From: Octopus bimaculoides
Taxonomy: Eukaryota
Length of the DNA: 51,115 nucleotides
NCBI RefSeq assembly: GCF_001194135.2
Contig: NC_068992.1
Location: 17,353,663-17,404,777 of the forward strand
Reading direction: 5' to 3'
Below are positions 34,347 to 46,149 of this stretch, one piece after another. The position numbers and the translations under genes are program-made. Each line of letters starts with the position of its first letter. Within the stretch, counting starts at the first letter, position 1. The notes under the pieces were generated by a model. That model saw only the letters and a list, made by a program, of their open reading frames with translations, was not told the origin of the DNA and did not search any database.

Positions 34347-35435
34347 AACTACACGATCTCTGTAGCTTTGTACATGTTATGCATTACTAACTTTTACTAC
34401 TGAGTTGAGAAAGGGAACCTTTAAAATGACGAGGAAGTGTGTTGGAAGGCTGTGAATGAAGTCAAGGCGTGTAAGTAAAATTTACATGAAAAGGGAGATT
34501 ATTGTGTGTGAAAAGAAAAAGATGATAGGCCAACAGATTGAGAATATGTATTCACAGACGTACATCAACATGTGTCTGTGCATAAATTAACAAAAGCAAG
34601 TGAGGGAGATAACAGGGTCAGAGATAGTAATAAAGAAATAGTAAGAATAGAAAGCACAACCAACGACACTAGTTTTTTTGCTGTGTTGTTGAAAATCATG
34701 TGGCAAGACAAGGTCCTAGATATGGGGATCCTTTCTCGACTCACTATTATATCATGCACACAAAAACGAAATGTAAGTGTTATACATGAAGCAATTGAGT
34801 GAGATGATGGAGGAGAACAACAAAATAGAAATGCTGAAGAGGAAAGGTGTGGGAGGTAGACTGGTAACAAAAAGTCTGAGAAAGTTGTGAAGGTTTCTTA
34901 TTAACAGCAGTGATTAGATACCCAAACAACGTGTGCGTGTGTGTGTGTAACTATAAGTTAAAACCCAACAACAGGAATTCCAAAATGAAGAAGAAATAGA
35001 GATGTTTGGAGTAAAGAGAAAGAGGAAAGAATTTGAAGGAAAAGTGTTCATTGATGCTGGTAGAAGAAAAAATAGTATCAAGACCGCAGGGAAGATAACA
35101 CACTTCTTTTCATACTTTTAGATGTTGTTGTCATTGTTAAACCCCAACATCAGCCCTGTTCCAGCAGGCATTTTGGTTAAAGGTAACCCAATCTCCATCG
35201 ATAACAAAGCCTGTTTTTTATTCAGATACTGTGTACCCAGTATTACATTATGCAATGTGTCCTTTGATTTTGAAAAAAAATGCTAGGATATGATTTGAAG
35301 ATAATGTGGCTGCTATTTCTATAAAGCCAAACAACCATGTAGCACTGAAATTCTCAAACGGACAAAAACTGGGTTCTATCTCACCAAACAAGAATTTTTT
35401 ATTCTTTCCCACCTTTTATCAGTTTCAAATGAAAT

Positions 35436-35625
35436 GAGCTGGCAGAAACATTAGCACTCTTGGCAGCGTTTCAACCATCTTTACGCTGAGTTCCAATTCA
35501 ACTGAGGTCGACTCTGCTTTTCATCCTCCCATGGTCAATAAATTAAGTATCAGTTGAGCACTGGGGCTGATGTAATTGATTTACACTCTCCCCTGAAATT
35601 ACTGGCTGTGTGCTAAAATCTAAAA
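35436..35625 (+). mobile_element. SINE family B
   Basis: GAGCTGGCAGAAACATTAGCA...GAGGTCGACTCTGCTTTTCATCC...AAGTATCAGTTGAGCACTGGGG. Confidence 0.8.
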
Positions 35626-37019
35626 CCTTCCTATCTTTAATTAAAATAAAGCTTGTGTCCATATACTATGTCGATATTGGTCATGGCATTAGATAAGTGT
35701 AAAAACTTTATAATCATATCTTTTTATTAAACATGGCAATTTCTCTGCCCCCATTTCAATGCCCACAGCCTTCAATTAATGAGAAACATTGAGGCTATCT
35801 TATTGGCTGTGAGAAAGTGTGTGATGTAAAGCGAACACCACAAACCAAACGGTGAACTGTTTGAGAGGAAAAACTTGAAATTATGAGTCACGTTTTTATC
35901 AAGACATTAACATATGACAAGTGAAGCATTAACAAACAAATTAAAACTAGGTTAAACTACTAGTTTTTCTTCTCAAACAACACTAGATTAACCATTAAGC
36001 AAAATAAGCTCGTGTTTAGGGCATCAAGTGAAATGGAGCCCCACAGAAATGGTAAATGGTTTACAGCTGAATGGTCGATCCAGCACTTCTTGAAGAGGAA
36101 AAGTAGTTCAATCTGGGAATTAAAAGCCAGTTATGGATTTGGTTTCTCAAGAAATTAACAAAGGAGTAAAGTAGCTCATAATATAATAATGGCTTCGAAT
36201 CTAGGCACATCCTTTTTGTGTCCCCTTTTTCATGCTTGTAATGGGTTAAACAGAGTTTATCAAGACAGATCTTCTCCTAGAACTTCCAGTTGCCAACCTT
36301 TACATGTTTGCAAGCAAGGTAATATTTGTAATATTTTCCTCCGTGGTCAGACGAATGTTTTCACAGAATACTGGAAAATGAAGGACATTCATTTATAACG
36401 ATCATGTGATATCAAAACAAGGAAACACTGGGGGGGGGGGGNNNNNNNNNNGAAAGAAAAGTCTCTTTCAGATGCTGAGTGTTAAAACAAAAGAAGTACT
36501 GAACATCTTAAATCAAGAAAGACAACTCACTCTGGAGGTGAAGAACAAGAGCGAAGAGTCGTTATTTCAGCTCCTCAATATTGTATACCCAAGTCACCTT
36601 GAACAAAATTGGAATTGCAGATGTCTGAGGTATATATGCAAATAGGGTAGAGTCTACTTGCTGATGTGCAACAGCACAGCACAATAAAAAGAGAATTAAA
36701 TTTGAAATTACAAGCTACTCTGAGGATGTAAATGTTACCAACGCCCCAGACTGTGCGTATGTGTTTTGTTTATGCACTTATTAGCTGCAGGATTGCATCT
36801 GGGGAAATGTTTCAAGACATTGAATGCTTAAAGAAATCACTGAATACTTCGAAACCAGGCGAGACAACAATGGATATTGATACTTCACTGTTATTTCAGT
36901 TTATCGACATTGTATCCCCAAGTCAGATTATCATCATTTCAGTTCTAGTTTCTACATTGACACATATGTTGGATGGTTTGACAAGAGCTGGCCAGCTGAA
37001 GAGCTGCAAGTCTGTAACT

Positions 37020-37290
37020 TGGAGTGGTTGGCGTTAGGAAGGGCATTCGGCCATAGAAAACTAGGCCAAATCATACAAGTTTGGTACAGCCTTCCAGTAT
37101 GCCATTCAACCCATGCCAGCATGGATCCATGCCTGTTTTGGCATGGTTTCTATAACTGGATGCCATTCCAAACACCAACCACTTTACAAGGTGTACTGGG
37201 TGCTTTTTATACAGCATTGGCACAGGTGCTTTTATGTGGCACTGGCCAAAGGTGCCTTTTATGTTGCACCAGCACCCACGAATCCACAAG
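37020..37290. mobile_element. Two family D copies in opposite orientation
   Basis: Plus copy 37020-37125 (GGAAGGGCATTC) followed directly by a minus copy (CTGGATGCCATTCC...GGTGCTTT). Confidence 0.7.
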
Positions 37291-37549
37291 ATTAGGAACG
37301 TTCAGCTGAAGAGGGAGGCAGGGGACAACAAACTGGAATTGCTTGTCTGAGGTCAATCCAGCAGGTAATACACACATGAACAAAACACAGGTGTTATTTA
37401 GTATGTGACGGTGGTGATGCTTACAGTATTAGTATTGCTTCTAATTCAATATCAGTGCTGCCTGACTGGCTCCCGTGCCAGTGACATGTAAAAAGCACCA
37501 TCTGAACATGGTCGATGCCAGTGCCGCCTGACTGGCTCCAATGCTGGTG

Positions 37550-37710
37550 GTATGGGATTCTTTCAGTTTCTCCCTATGAAATCCACTAACAAGGCTTTCG
37601 CTGGCCCAGGGCTAGAGTAGAATACATTCCCCAAGCTGCCACACAGTAGGACTGAACCCCAAACCACATAGTTGAGAAGGAAACTTCTTAACCACACAAC
37701 CATGCCTGGA
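37550..37710 (-). mobile_element. SINE family A head
   Basis: TTCTTTCAGTTTC...AAATCCACTAACAAGGCTTT...GGACTGAACCC...TTAACCACACAACC. Confidence 0.75.
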
Positions 37711-37719
37711 CTTATAAAT

Positions 37720-37910
37720 CCAGCAATTTTGAAGAAAAGGAGTTTGTCAATGCTGTTGAGCCCAATACTTGACTAGCATTTCATTTTATTAACCCCAAAA
37801 GGGTGAAAGGCAAAAACTGGCTGTAGCAGGATTTGAACTCAGACTGTAAGGAGCTGTAACTAAATACTATTATGTTTTTTGTCTGATGCTTTAACAACTC
37901 TGCCATTCCA
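37720..37910 (-). mobile_element. SINE family B, degenerate
   Basis: Reverse complement contains GCCTTTCACCCTTTTGGGGTTAATAAAAT and TCTGAGTTCAAATCC. Confidence 0.65.
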
Positions 37911-38078
37911 CTGACCTTCATAATAATAACAGTTTACAAATTAGGTACAAGGCCAAGAATTGTTACAGGCACTTGAGTTTAGCAGCTTTGGAAGATGAAT
38001 CAGGGTTCATCTCAATAGGAAATGGCAATAACAATAATGCCAATGAAAATAACAATGATGAGGACGATGACTTCACCA

Positions 38079-38290
38079 TCATCATCATTTAACATCTGTT
38101 GTCCATGCTGGCATGGGTTGAATGGTTGACTGGTTGAATGGCACGCTGAAAGGCTGCACCAGACTCGTATGATTTGGCATAGTCCTCTATGGCTGAATGC
38201 CCTTCCTAACGCCAACCACTCCAAGAGTGAAGTGGGTGCTTTTACGTGCCACTTGCATGGGTGCCAATTTCCATAACACCAGTTTCTGTC
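38079..38290 (-). mobile_element. Family D
   Basis: (CAT)n...CCATGCTGGCATGGG...GCCCTTCCTAACGCCAACCACTCC...GGTGCTTTTACGTGCCAC. Confidence 0.8.
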
Positions 38291-38292
38291 AT

Positions 38293-39490
38293 GACTTTAT
38301 TTAAAATTGCTGTTGTTGTTGTTGGTGGTGGTGGTGGTGGTAATCTGGCAGAATCGTTAGCATACCAAACAAAATGCTTAGCAGAGTTTTGTCTATTTTT
38401 ATGTTCTGTGTTCAAATTCCGCTGAGGTCGACTGCCTTTCATCCTTTCAAGGCTGATAACATAAGAACCATCAGAACCAGTTGAGTATTGGAGTCAATGA
38501 AACTACTGGGCCTTGTGCCAAAAGTTGAAACCATTATTATTATTATTATTATTAAGGTAGCAAGCTGGCAGAATTTTTAATGTATTGGACAAAATGCATA
38601 ATGGCATTTCTTCAAGTTCTGAATTTAAACGCCAACTACTCCAAGAGTGTAGTGGNNNNNNNNNNGACTTTATTTAAAATTGCTGTTGTTGTTGTTGGTG
38701 GTGGTGGTGGTGGTAATCTGGCAGAATCGTTAGCATACCAAACAAAATGCTTAGCAGAGTTTTGTCTATTTTTATGTTCTGTGTTCAAATTCCGCTGAGG
38801 TCGACTGCCTTTCATCCTTTCAAGGCTGATAACATAAGAACCATCAGAACCAGTTGAGTATTGGAGTCAATGAAACTACTGGGCCTTGTGCCAAAAGTTG
38901 AAACCATTATTATTATTATTATTATTAAGGTAGCAAGCTGGCAGAATTTTTAATGTATTGGACAAAATGCATAATGGCATTTCTTCAAGTTCTGAATTTA
39001 AACGCCAACTACTCCAAGAGTGTAGTGGGTGCTTTTATATGCCACTGGCACGGGTGCCATTTGCATGACACCAGTATCTGCCACAACTTCTTTTAAAATT
39101 ATCGTTATTGTTATTATTATTGCTATTATTTATTATTACTATTATTCATTATTATTGTTGTTGTTGTTTTTTGTTAGTGGTGGTGGTGGTAATTTGGCAG
39201 AATTGTTAGCATGCCAAACAAAATGCTTAGCAGTGTTTTGTCTATTTTTATGTTCCGTGTTCAAATTCCGCTGAGGTCAACTTTGCCTTTCATCCCTTCA
39301 AGGTTGTTAACATAAGAACCAGTTGAGTACTGGCATCAAAGAAATCAACTAGACCCCCGTCTGTGCAATTGCTGGGCCTTGTGCCAAACTTTGAAACCAT
39401 TATTATTATTAAGGCAGCAAGCTAGCAGAATTTTTAATATATTGGACAAAATGCATAATGGCATTTCTTCAAGTTCTGAATTTAAAGTCC
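38293..39490 (+). repeat. Locally duplicated family-B SINE units: one assembly duplicate and one older tandem duplicate
   Basis: 38293-38655 is identical to 38666-39028 across a 10-N gap; a diverged unit follows at about 39000-39490. Confidence 0.85.
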
Positions 39491-39806
39491 ACAAAAGTTC
39501 AGGCAATGTGTGTATAGTAAAAAGGATTATTATGCTGGTGATGAATACTGAAATACAAAGAGAGAATAAGGTGAGGGTTATCTGAAGAGACAAAAGTTGT
39601 AACATCAGGCCATGCTGTAAGAAGGCAATACCAAGTATCTGTACACTACAACATTGAATTTGAAGACTTTCACATAGTAAATAAACTCCCGAAAGAAGGC
39701 AACCACATAAGGTAAATCAGCGCAATATACACACAAAACCCAACTGCTCTCCTCTCAAAGCAATTATTATTATATATTTCTATATCAAAGAAGATGGTTA
39801 ACTTAC

Positions 39807-39898
39807 CCAAGGGATGCTTGATAAGAGATCAGTAAGCTGACACAATCCAAAGTACCAGTGCTGGCAGCTTTATGAAGAGGGGTTTCACCAAGATAGTC
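39807..39898 (-). CDS. ANKRD10: ANKRD10-like, internal exon (probable exon 3)
   Basis: ...ttgtactttgttag|GACTAT, 92 nt in phase 0/2, DYLGETPLHKAASTGTLDCVSLLISYQASL(G), then |GTAAGT. Ankyrin GETPLHKAA motif; absent from the ORF track because it is short. Confidence 0.92.
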
Positions 39899-40040
39899 CT
39901 AACAAAGTACAACAAAACATTCACAAACAATAAATTCTCGTTCAAAATAATGAATTTCAGATGGGGCTGGGGTACTCAACATTCCTTTAGCTTTAAAGCA
40001 TAAAGGCAAATATGGGACCATATAGTGGTTACAGTATTGC

Positions 40041-40210
40041 TTAACCCATTAGCATTCACATTCATCTGTCAAAGGTAATGTTTAGTTATTCACATTGCTT
40101 TGAATTAAACCTGCATTATCTCATAGCTTTGAGATTTTGATGAGGTAAACTGTTAATTTTTGGAATGGTATTGTAGGATTGGTGTGAAGGGTCAGACATG
40201 GCCAATTTAA
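40041..40210. mobile_element. Second TTAA-type MITE family; related copies at about 2690-2885, 4540-4722 and 10675-10826
   Basis: TTAACCCATTAGCATTCA...TGCATTATCTCATAGCTTTGAGATTT...GATATGGCC; the other copies end in AATGCTAAAAGGTTAA or variants. Confidence 0.6.
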
Positions 40211-40279
40211 CTCCTTGGCATTCAGATTACTCTCTCAAATATAAATGGCATGGGTTGAATGGTTTGACTGGTTGAATGG

Positions 40280-40725
40280 CATGGGTGCTTTCATGTGACA
40301 CCACATGGGTACTTTTATGCGACACCACACAGGTGCTTTTGCATGGCACCACATGGGTACTTTTATGTGACACCACACAGGTGCTTTTGCATGGCACCAC
40401 ATGGGTGCTTTCATGTGGTACCACATGGGTACTTTTACGTGACACCACACAGGTGCTTTCATGTGGCACCACATGGGTGCTTTTACGTGACACCACACAG
40501 GTGCTTTTGCATGGCACCACATGGGTACTTTTACGTGACGCCACACAGGTACATTTGCGTGGCACCGCATGGGTGCTTTTACGTGGCGCCGCACAGGCAC
40601 TTTTACATGATACCACACAGCCACTTATACATGGCACTATTCAGGCACTTTTATGTGGAACCACACAGATGCTTTTACACGGTGCCACAGAGGCACTTTT
40701 ACATGATGCTGCACCGTGCCACATA
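40280..40725. repeat. 24-bp minisatellite of about 18 units with a 48-bp higher-order alternation
   Basis: Alternating CATGGGTACTTTTATGTGACACCA / CACAGGTGCTTTTGCATGGCACCA, decaying rightward. Confidence 0.92.
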
Positions 40726-40777
40726 AAAGTTTAATGACTGGAGCCAGTAAAAGAGCAAAAGAATAGAACAAGAACAA

Positions 40778-41184
40778 ATACTCTTTTACTTGTTGCAGTC
40801 ATTTGACTGCGGCCATGCTGGAGCACCGCCTTTAGTCGAGCAAATCGACCCCAGGACTTATTCTTTGGAAGCCTAGTACTTATTCTATCGGTCTCTTTTG
40901 CCAGACCGCTAAGTTACAGGGGACGTAAACACACCAGCATCGGTTGTCAAACGATGTTGGAGAGACAAACACAGACACACAAATATATACACACACATAC
41001 ATATATATATACATTTATACGACGGGCTTCTTTCAGTTTCCATGTACCAAATCCACCCACAAGGCTTTGGTCGGCCCGAGGCTATAGTATAAGACACTTG
41101 CCAAAGGTTCCACACAGTGCGACTGAACCCAGAACCATGCGGTTGGTAAGCAAGCTACTTACCACACAGCCACTCCCGCGCCTA
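40778..41184 (-). mobile_element. SINE family A, full length and consensus-like, 30 nt from the exon-2 donor
   Basis: Complete head, (CA/TA)n and tail arrangement. Confidence 0.92.
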
Positions 41185-41213
41185 TATTCGCTATCTTTAG
41201 AAAATGAACTTAC

Positions 41214-41378
41214 CCGAGCATTAATTTCAGCACTTGACTGCAGCAACCACTGAAGGCAATGGGGGTGACCAGCATAAGCTGCAAGATGTGATGGTGTCTG
41301 TTGGAACTTGCTATTCCTCATGTCACACTTCAGGTTGTAGGGTCGGTTGAAGCAGGACAGTTTCTGTAGGCAGGCAAG
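41214..41378 (-). CDS. ANKRD10: ANKRD10-like ankyrin-repeat protein, internal exon (probable exon 2)
   Basis: Minus strand: pyrimidine tract ...ttctccttgtatcgtttattag|CTTGCC, 165 nt in phase 0/0, LACLQKLSCFNRPYNLKCDMRNSKFQQTPSHLAAYAGHPHCLQWLLQSSAEINAR, then |GTAAGT donor. Matches the recalled vertebrate ANKRD10 segment LECLVQL...[28 protein letters not shown]. Confidence 0.9.
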
Positions 41379-42046
41379 CTAATAAACGATACAAGGAGAA
41401 AAACAAAATTTATCAGTATATGGGTCATGTATTATATATATTTATTAGTTACAACATAGAATAACCAAAGTAAGTTATAGAGTGGATGTTTGACCTCATG
41501 TCAGGCTCGGACTTATAATGAAAAGCATTCCAGCTATGACCTTTCCAACTAAAACTCCGTTTTCCCTTATAACCTTTCCTTTAAAAAATAAAATTTTTAA
41601 AAATGGGTGGTAAGATGTGATTTGAGAGTAATTTTTGGCTGCTATTTTCAGCAGGTTAAGTGTCCATGTAGAAGTTCTCTTATTAGCAAGTGCAAACGAA
41701 GTTTATTGAAGTGGTGACACAGCAGTAATGTGTGAGATATCTATAACAATAATAATCATGATTAAGTTTTGTTTTTGAATAGACCACCCACCGCCATACA
41801 CAAACACACCCACACACATACAGGCGTTAACTTGCTTGTGCTTGTATTTTCTCTATTCGAACTTACATCATGACATGTTCATCAACCACCATCTAAAGAC
41901 TGGTTACAAAAGCATAAAAGAAGAAACACCAGAAGTTTTAAAAAGAGCAACATGTTCAGATTTTCCATCGCTCATTGACCCAACTACAAAACACACACAC
42001 ACACACACACAAAGAGGCAATTAGGTAGTTGTTAGGGTTAGGGAGG

Positions 42047-42235
42047 AATGGATATGGCTATGTGTTAAGAAGTTCGCTTTCTAGCCACATAGTTCCAGGT
42101 TCAGTCCCACTACATAGCACCTTGCGCAAGTGGGGGTTTTTTTTTTTTTACACTATAGCCTCGGGCTGACCAAAGCCTTGCAAGTAGATCTGGCAGGCGG
42201 CAACTGAAAGAAGCCCATCGTGTGTGTGTGTGTAA
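42047..42235 (+). mobile_element. SINE family A head
   Basis: GGTTCAGTCCCACTAC...CTATAGCCTCGGGCTGACCAAAGCCTTG...AACTGAAAGAAGCCC. Confidence 0.8.
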
Positions 42236-42249
42236 ATAGGATAAGGGTT

Positions 42250-42560
42250 AAAAAACCCTTTCGGTCATGAATGACCATGGGATTGCATCTAGAAAGTTTC
42301 CCTCTGAGGCATAAGTCTCACAGAAGACCAGCAGTCACCCATGCATATCAGCCTCCCCTCTCCAAGCCACCGACATTATTCAAGCGAAAGGCAAAAGCCG
42401 ATACAGCTTGGCATCAGTGACATCACAATCCATTTCTACAACTGAGTTAACTAGAGCAACATGAAATGAAGTGTCTTGCTCAAGAGCACAACATACAGCC
42501 CGGTCTGGAAATCAAACTCACTACCTCATGATTGTAAGCCCAATGCTCTAACCACTGAGC
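42250..42560 (-). mobile_element. SINE family C
   Basis: AGAAGACCAGCAGTCACCCATGCAT...GTGTCTTGCTCAAGAGCAC...GCTCTAACCACTGAGC. Confidence 0.8.
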
Positions 42561-42589
42561 ATGTGTGTGTACATATATATATATATATG

Positions 42590-43040
42590 ATCGAAACTGA
42601 ACCAAATTCGATGACTGTCACCTGTGCCAGTGGCACGCTAACAGCACCTTCTGAGTGAGATCACTGCCAGAGCAGCGGTCTCGCTTCCATGCCAGTGGCA
42701 CGTAAAAAGCACCATTTGAGCACCAACATTTCCAGTTTCACCTTACTGGCACTTGTGCCAGTGGCATGTGAACAAAACATTGGACTGACTCCTGTGCAGG
42801 TGGCACGTAAAAAACACCATTTGAGCGTGGCCATTGTCAGTACCGCCGGACTGGCCCTTATGCCAGTGGCACGTCAAAAGCACCCACTACACTCTCAGAG
42901 TAGTTGGCGTTAGGAAGGGCATCCAACTGTAGAAACTCTGCTAGATCAGATTGGAGTCTGGTGCAGCCATCTGGTTCACCAGTCCCCAGTCAAATTGTCC
43001 AACCCATGCTAGCATGGAAAGCGGACGATAAATGATGATG
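42590..43040 (+). mobile_element. RTE 3' UTR fragment with tandem units and a family D tail
   Basis: Repeated GCCAGTGGCACGTAAAAAGCACCATTTGAG units, then GGAAGGGCATCC...(GAT)n. Confidence 0.82.
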
Positions 43041-43696
43041 ATATATATATATATACATAGTCAACAGGTGAGATCTAGAGATGCTCAATATAAAAAACAC
43101 GTAGTAGTGCTCCAATGATTTGAACTTAAACTAGGTATCCCTAGAGAGCGCTGTAGAAGGGAAGACAAACAGTTTGACCACACAAAAATATAATTTTTGT
43201 TAAACCGTTTTCCAGTCAAAATACATTTTTTCCAACAGACTATTATGCATCATTTGAAAGTTCTGGATGTAAACTTTCTTCTCATATATTTTTGATCAAA
43301 ATCCAACACTTACATATCATGCCAGGTTCCCTCAATCACCCTTGCATTTCCACCTATTCACATTTGTCCCGTTTTTGTTTCTGACTATTGAATGATAAAA
43401 GTCAGTTTTAGCTCAATGTGCTGGAGCATTATAACTCAATTTGTGTTGAAAATGATACTGTCAGGAAGATGAGGACTATTTTTGCTCTATCTTGATATAA
43501 AAATCGATGGGTGTAGGTCAGATAACACAGTTATGTAATATAAAAGAAGTGAAAATTTTATCGCTAATTTTCACCTAGAAAAGAACATATTTTCTTAACG
43601 GTTTTTATACCATAAAAAGGACAAATTTTCCATTATCGAATCTGGCTATGTAAAAGCACAAAATCAATAGAAATGGGGCAACTACTGTTGCTCATA

Positions 43697-44025
43697 GAGG
43701 ATTAAGGATTCCTTTCAGTCTCAAATGACCTTGGGATTGCACCTAGAAAGTTACTCTCCAGGGTACAAGTCTGGGCAAAGTTGCTTATGGAAGACCAGGA
43801 GTCACCCATGCATACCAGCCACCCACTCTCCACGCCACTGATGCTACCCAACAGAAAGGCAAAGGCCAAAACAGCTTGGCACCAGTGATGTTGCAACTCA
43901 TTTCTACAGCTGAGTGAACTGGAGCAGCATGAAATAAAATATTTCGCTCAAGAACACAATGCACAGCCCAGTTCGGGAATTGAACTCACTACCTCATGAT
44001 TGTGAACCCAATGCTCTAACTACTG
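43697..44025 (-). mobile_element. SINE family C, full length
   Basis: Same head, central box and tail as 29234-29567. Confidence 0.82.
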
Positions 44026-44805
44026 AATCAAGAGGATCAATGCATACTGATAAGGTATGTATAAGGTACAGTTAATTAAACTGACCTATGTATCTGACTG
44101 GTAATTATTTTATCGATTCCCCCAAAGAATTATGGAAAGCTTAGTCAACTCAGCCAAGGTCGAAAAAGAAACATGATTAAATGTTGTAGCCTTTTCTCTG
44201 TCTGACATTTTCCCACTTACTAAACAAATGTAGCAGACAACTAACTGCTCTAGATTCTTTATAATTCTCTCTACGCAAAAATGAAAGTTGCTGCAGTTTT
44301 GCTGTGAGCGTCATTGACAAAATGCCTTAACATACATCTGTGTTGCCAATCTAGAAACAAAGCAAAGAGAGGCAGACGTACTATGATATTACTATCATTG
44401 ATCAGCGTCTGTTTATTCTTCACTATTCTTGAAGTAAGCTAAGAATGTAAAATATAGCAACATCAACGGAATACAGCAGCAGCTTGCAATGCATCTGACA
44501 TAAGCCAACATGGACAACCGTTTCGTTTCACTCATATTTATTACAAAATCAAGAGATTATATTCCAGAGCTGGCAAACAAGAGATTGCTTTACAATGCTC
44601 TTAGATATATATGTATATATATATATATGTGTGTGTGTGTTCATTGTAGTTTGCCTGACTCAAACTTTTTCCATTTCATTCATTGTACCTGTTTAATGTC
44701 TCAGATTCGACTTGAGCAACTTCTATGTGGCCTATGTGTTTTGTAAGAAAAAAATATAACTATATACATACATATATGTATATAAACACATACAAATACA
44801 GAAAC

Positions 44806-44868
<63 letters not shown>

Positions 44869-45095
44869 NNNNNNNNNNNNNNNNNNNNNNNNNNNNNNNN
44901 NNNNNNNNNNNNNNNNNNNNNNNNNNNNNNNNNNNNNNNNNNNNNNNNNNNNNNNNNNNNNNNNNNNNNNNNNNNNNNNNNNNNNNNNNNNNNNNNNNNN
45001 NNNNNNNNNNNNNNNNNNNNNNNNNNNNNNNNNNNNNNNNNNNNNNNNNNNNNNNNNNNNNNNNNNNNNNNNNNNNNNNNNNNNNNNNNNNNNNN

Positions 45096-45135
<40 letters not shown>

Positions 45136-45136
<1 letters not shown>

Positions 45137-45817
45137 GGATGCAGTGACTAAATTATCGTCCAAATTATGCAAAAATGAAAATAGCACAGATATATTTACC
45201 AAAATTACATAAAAAATATCTTGAAATACTAAAGAGTAAATTTATTCAATAAAATCACCATTGGCTTCAACCATGGCCTCCAGACAACTTTGGATTCCCC
45301 TGTAACTCTTCTGGATGATTTCCTTAAGTTGATGAATGCTGCCATAATCCTTGCCTTCAGTTCATCTTTGGTGTTACAAGGAATTTTATTGGTCTCTCGC
45401 TCAACTGCGCCCCACACATAATAATCCAAGAAGTTAAAGCCTGGAGAGTTAGGTGGCCAGATGTTAGGGGTGACAGCCATGACCAAGTTCTCCTGCTTGT
45501 GTGGCATGGTGCAGATTTCTGTTGCCAGACACAGGATCTTCCAGCAGCCACCCTTTTTGACTCAGGGCAGCACTACCTCCTCCGGGCACGCGATGTAGGC
45601 CTCCATGTTGAGTCTGAGGCCGTGTGGGAAGATGAATGGAAGTATAATATCGTCATCACTAGTGATCATTCCAAACACCATGATGTTGACTGGACATTTG
45701 ATCTTTGTCATTCTCAGTATGTTTTGGGGACGCAGCAAGCCAAAGGTTGTTCTGTGTTCACTATCTGATCGTGGCAGAAATTTTTCTCGCCTGAGAACAC
45801 ACATAAGCCCTTTTTAG
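45136..45817 (-). mobile_element. Tc1/mariner transposase remnant (maT/DD37D-like) with its 3' terminus
   Basis: IMVFGMITSDDDIILPFIFPHGLRLNMEAY...WQQKSAPCHTSRRT...IWPPNSPGFNFLDYYVWGAVERETNK...KDELKARIMAAF. The probable TIR (taGGATGCAGTGACTAAATT) abuts (TA)n. Subfamily not verified by D-D spacing because of a deletion. Confidence 0.85.
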
Positions 45818-46149
45818 AGTTATTTACCTTGAAATGTTATTATCTCATATCTGATAAGCCTGTTATTACGTAACATGCTTCACGATTTTCGTATACATAC
45901 CTTATTAGTATTTCCTCCTATGTTCTATATACTATGGGAATGCATTAAGGCCCTTTTTGGGGCTACTTTATTTGAATTCTTACTATCGGGTAACTAATTT
46001 CATGTTATTACATAACTGACTTCATAATTTGGGTATTCGTAACTTATTGGGAATTCCTAAAAACAACATCCTGTGTAAGACAGTTTGGTATTCTCTGTAA
46101 ATGCACAAAAACTGTTTTAAGGGCTACATACTTTGTATTGTTGTTATTG

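Noticed and set aside
38293-39028. Perfect 363-bp tandem duplication
   Set aside because: The copies are identical, including microsatellite length, and separated by 10 N; this is an assembly artefact.
40227-40734. Four overlapping ORFs of 129-152 aa with periodic sequence
   Set aside because: They are translations of a stop-free 24-bp minisatellite and are open in several frames on both strands.
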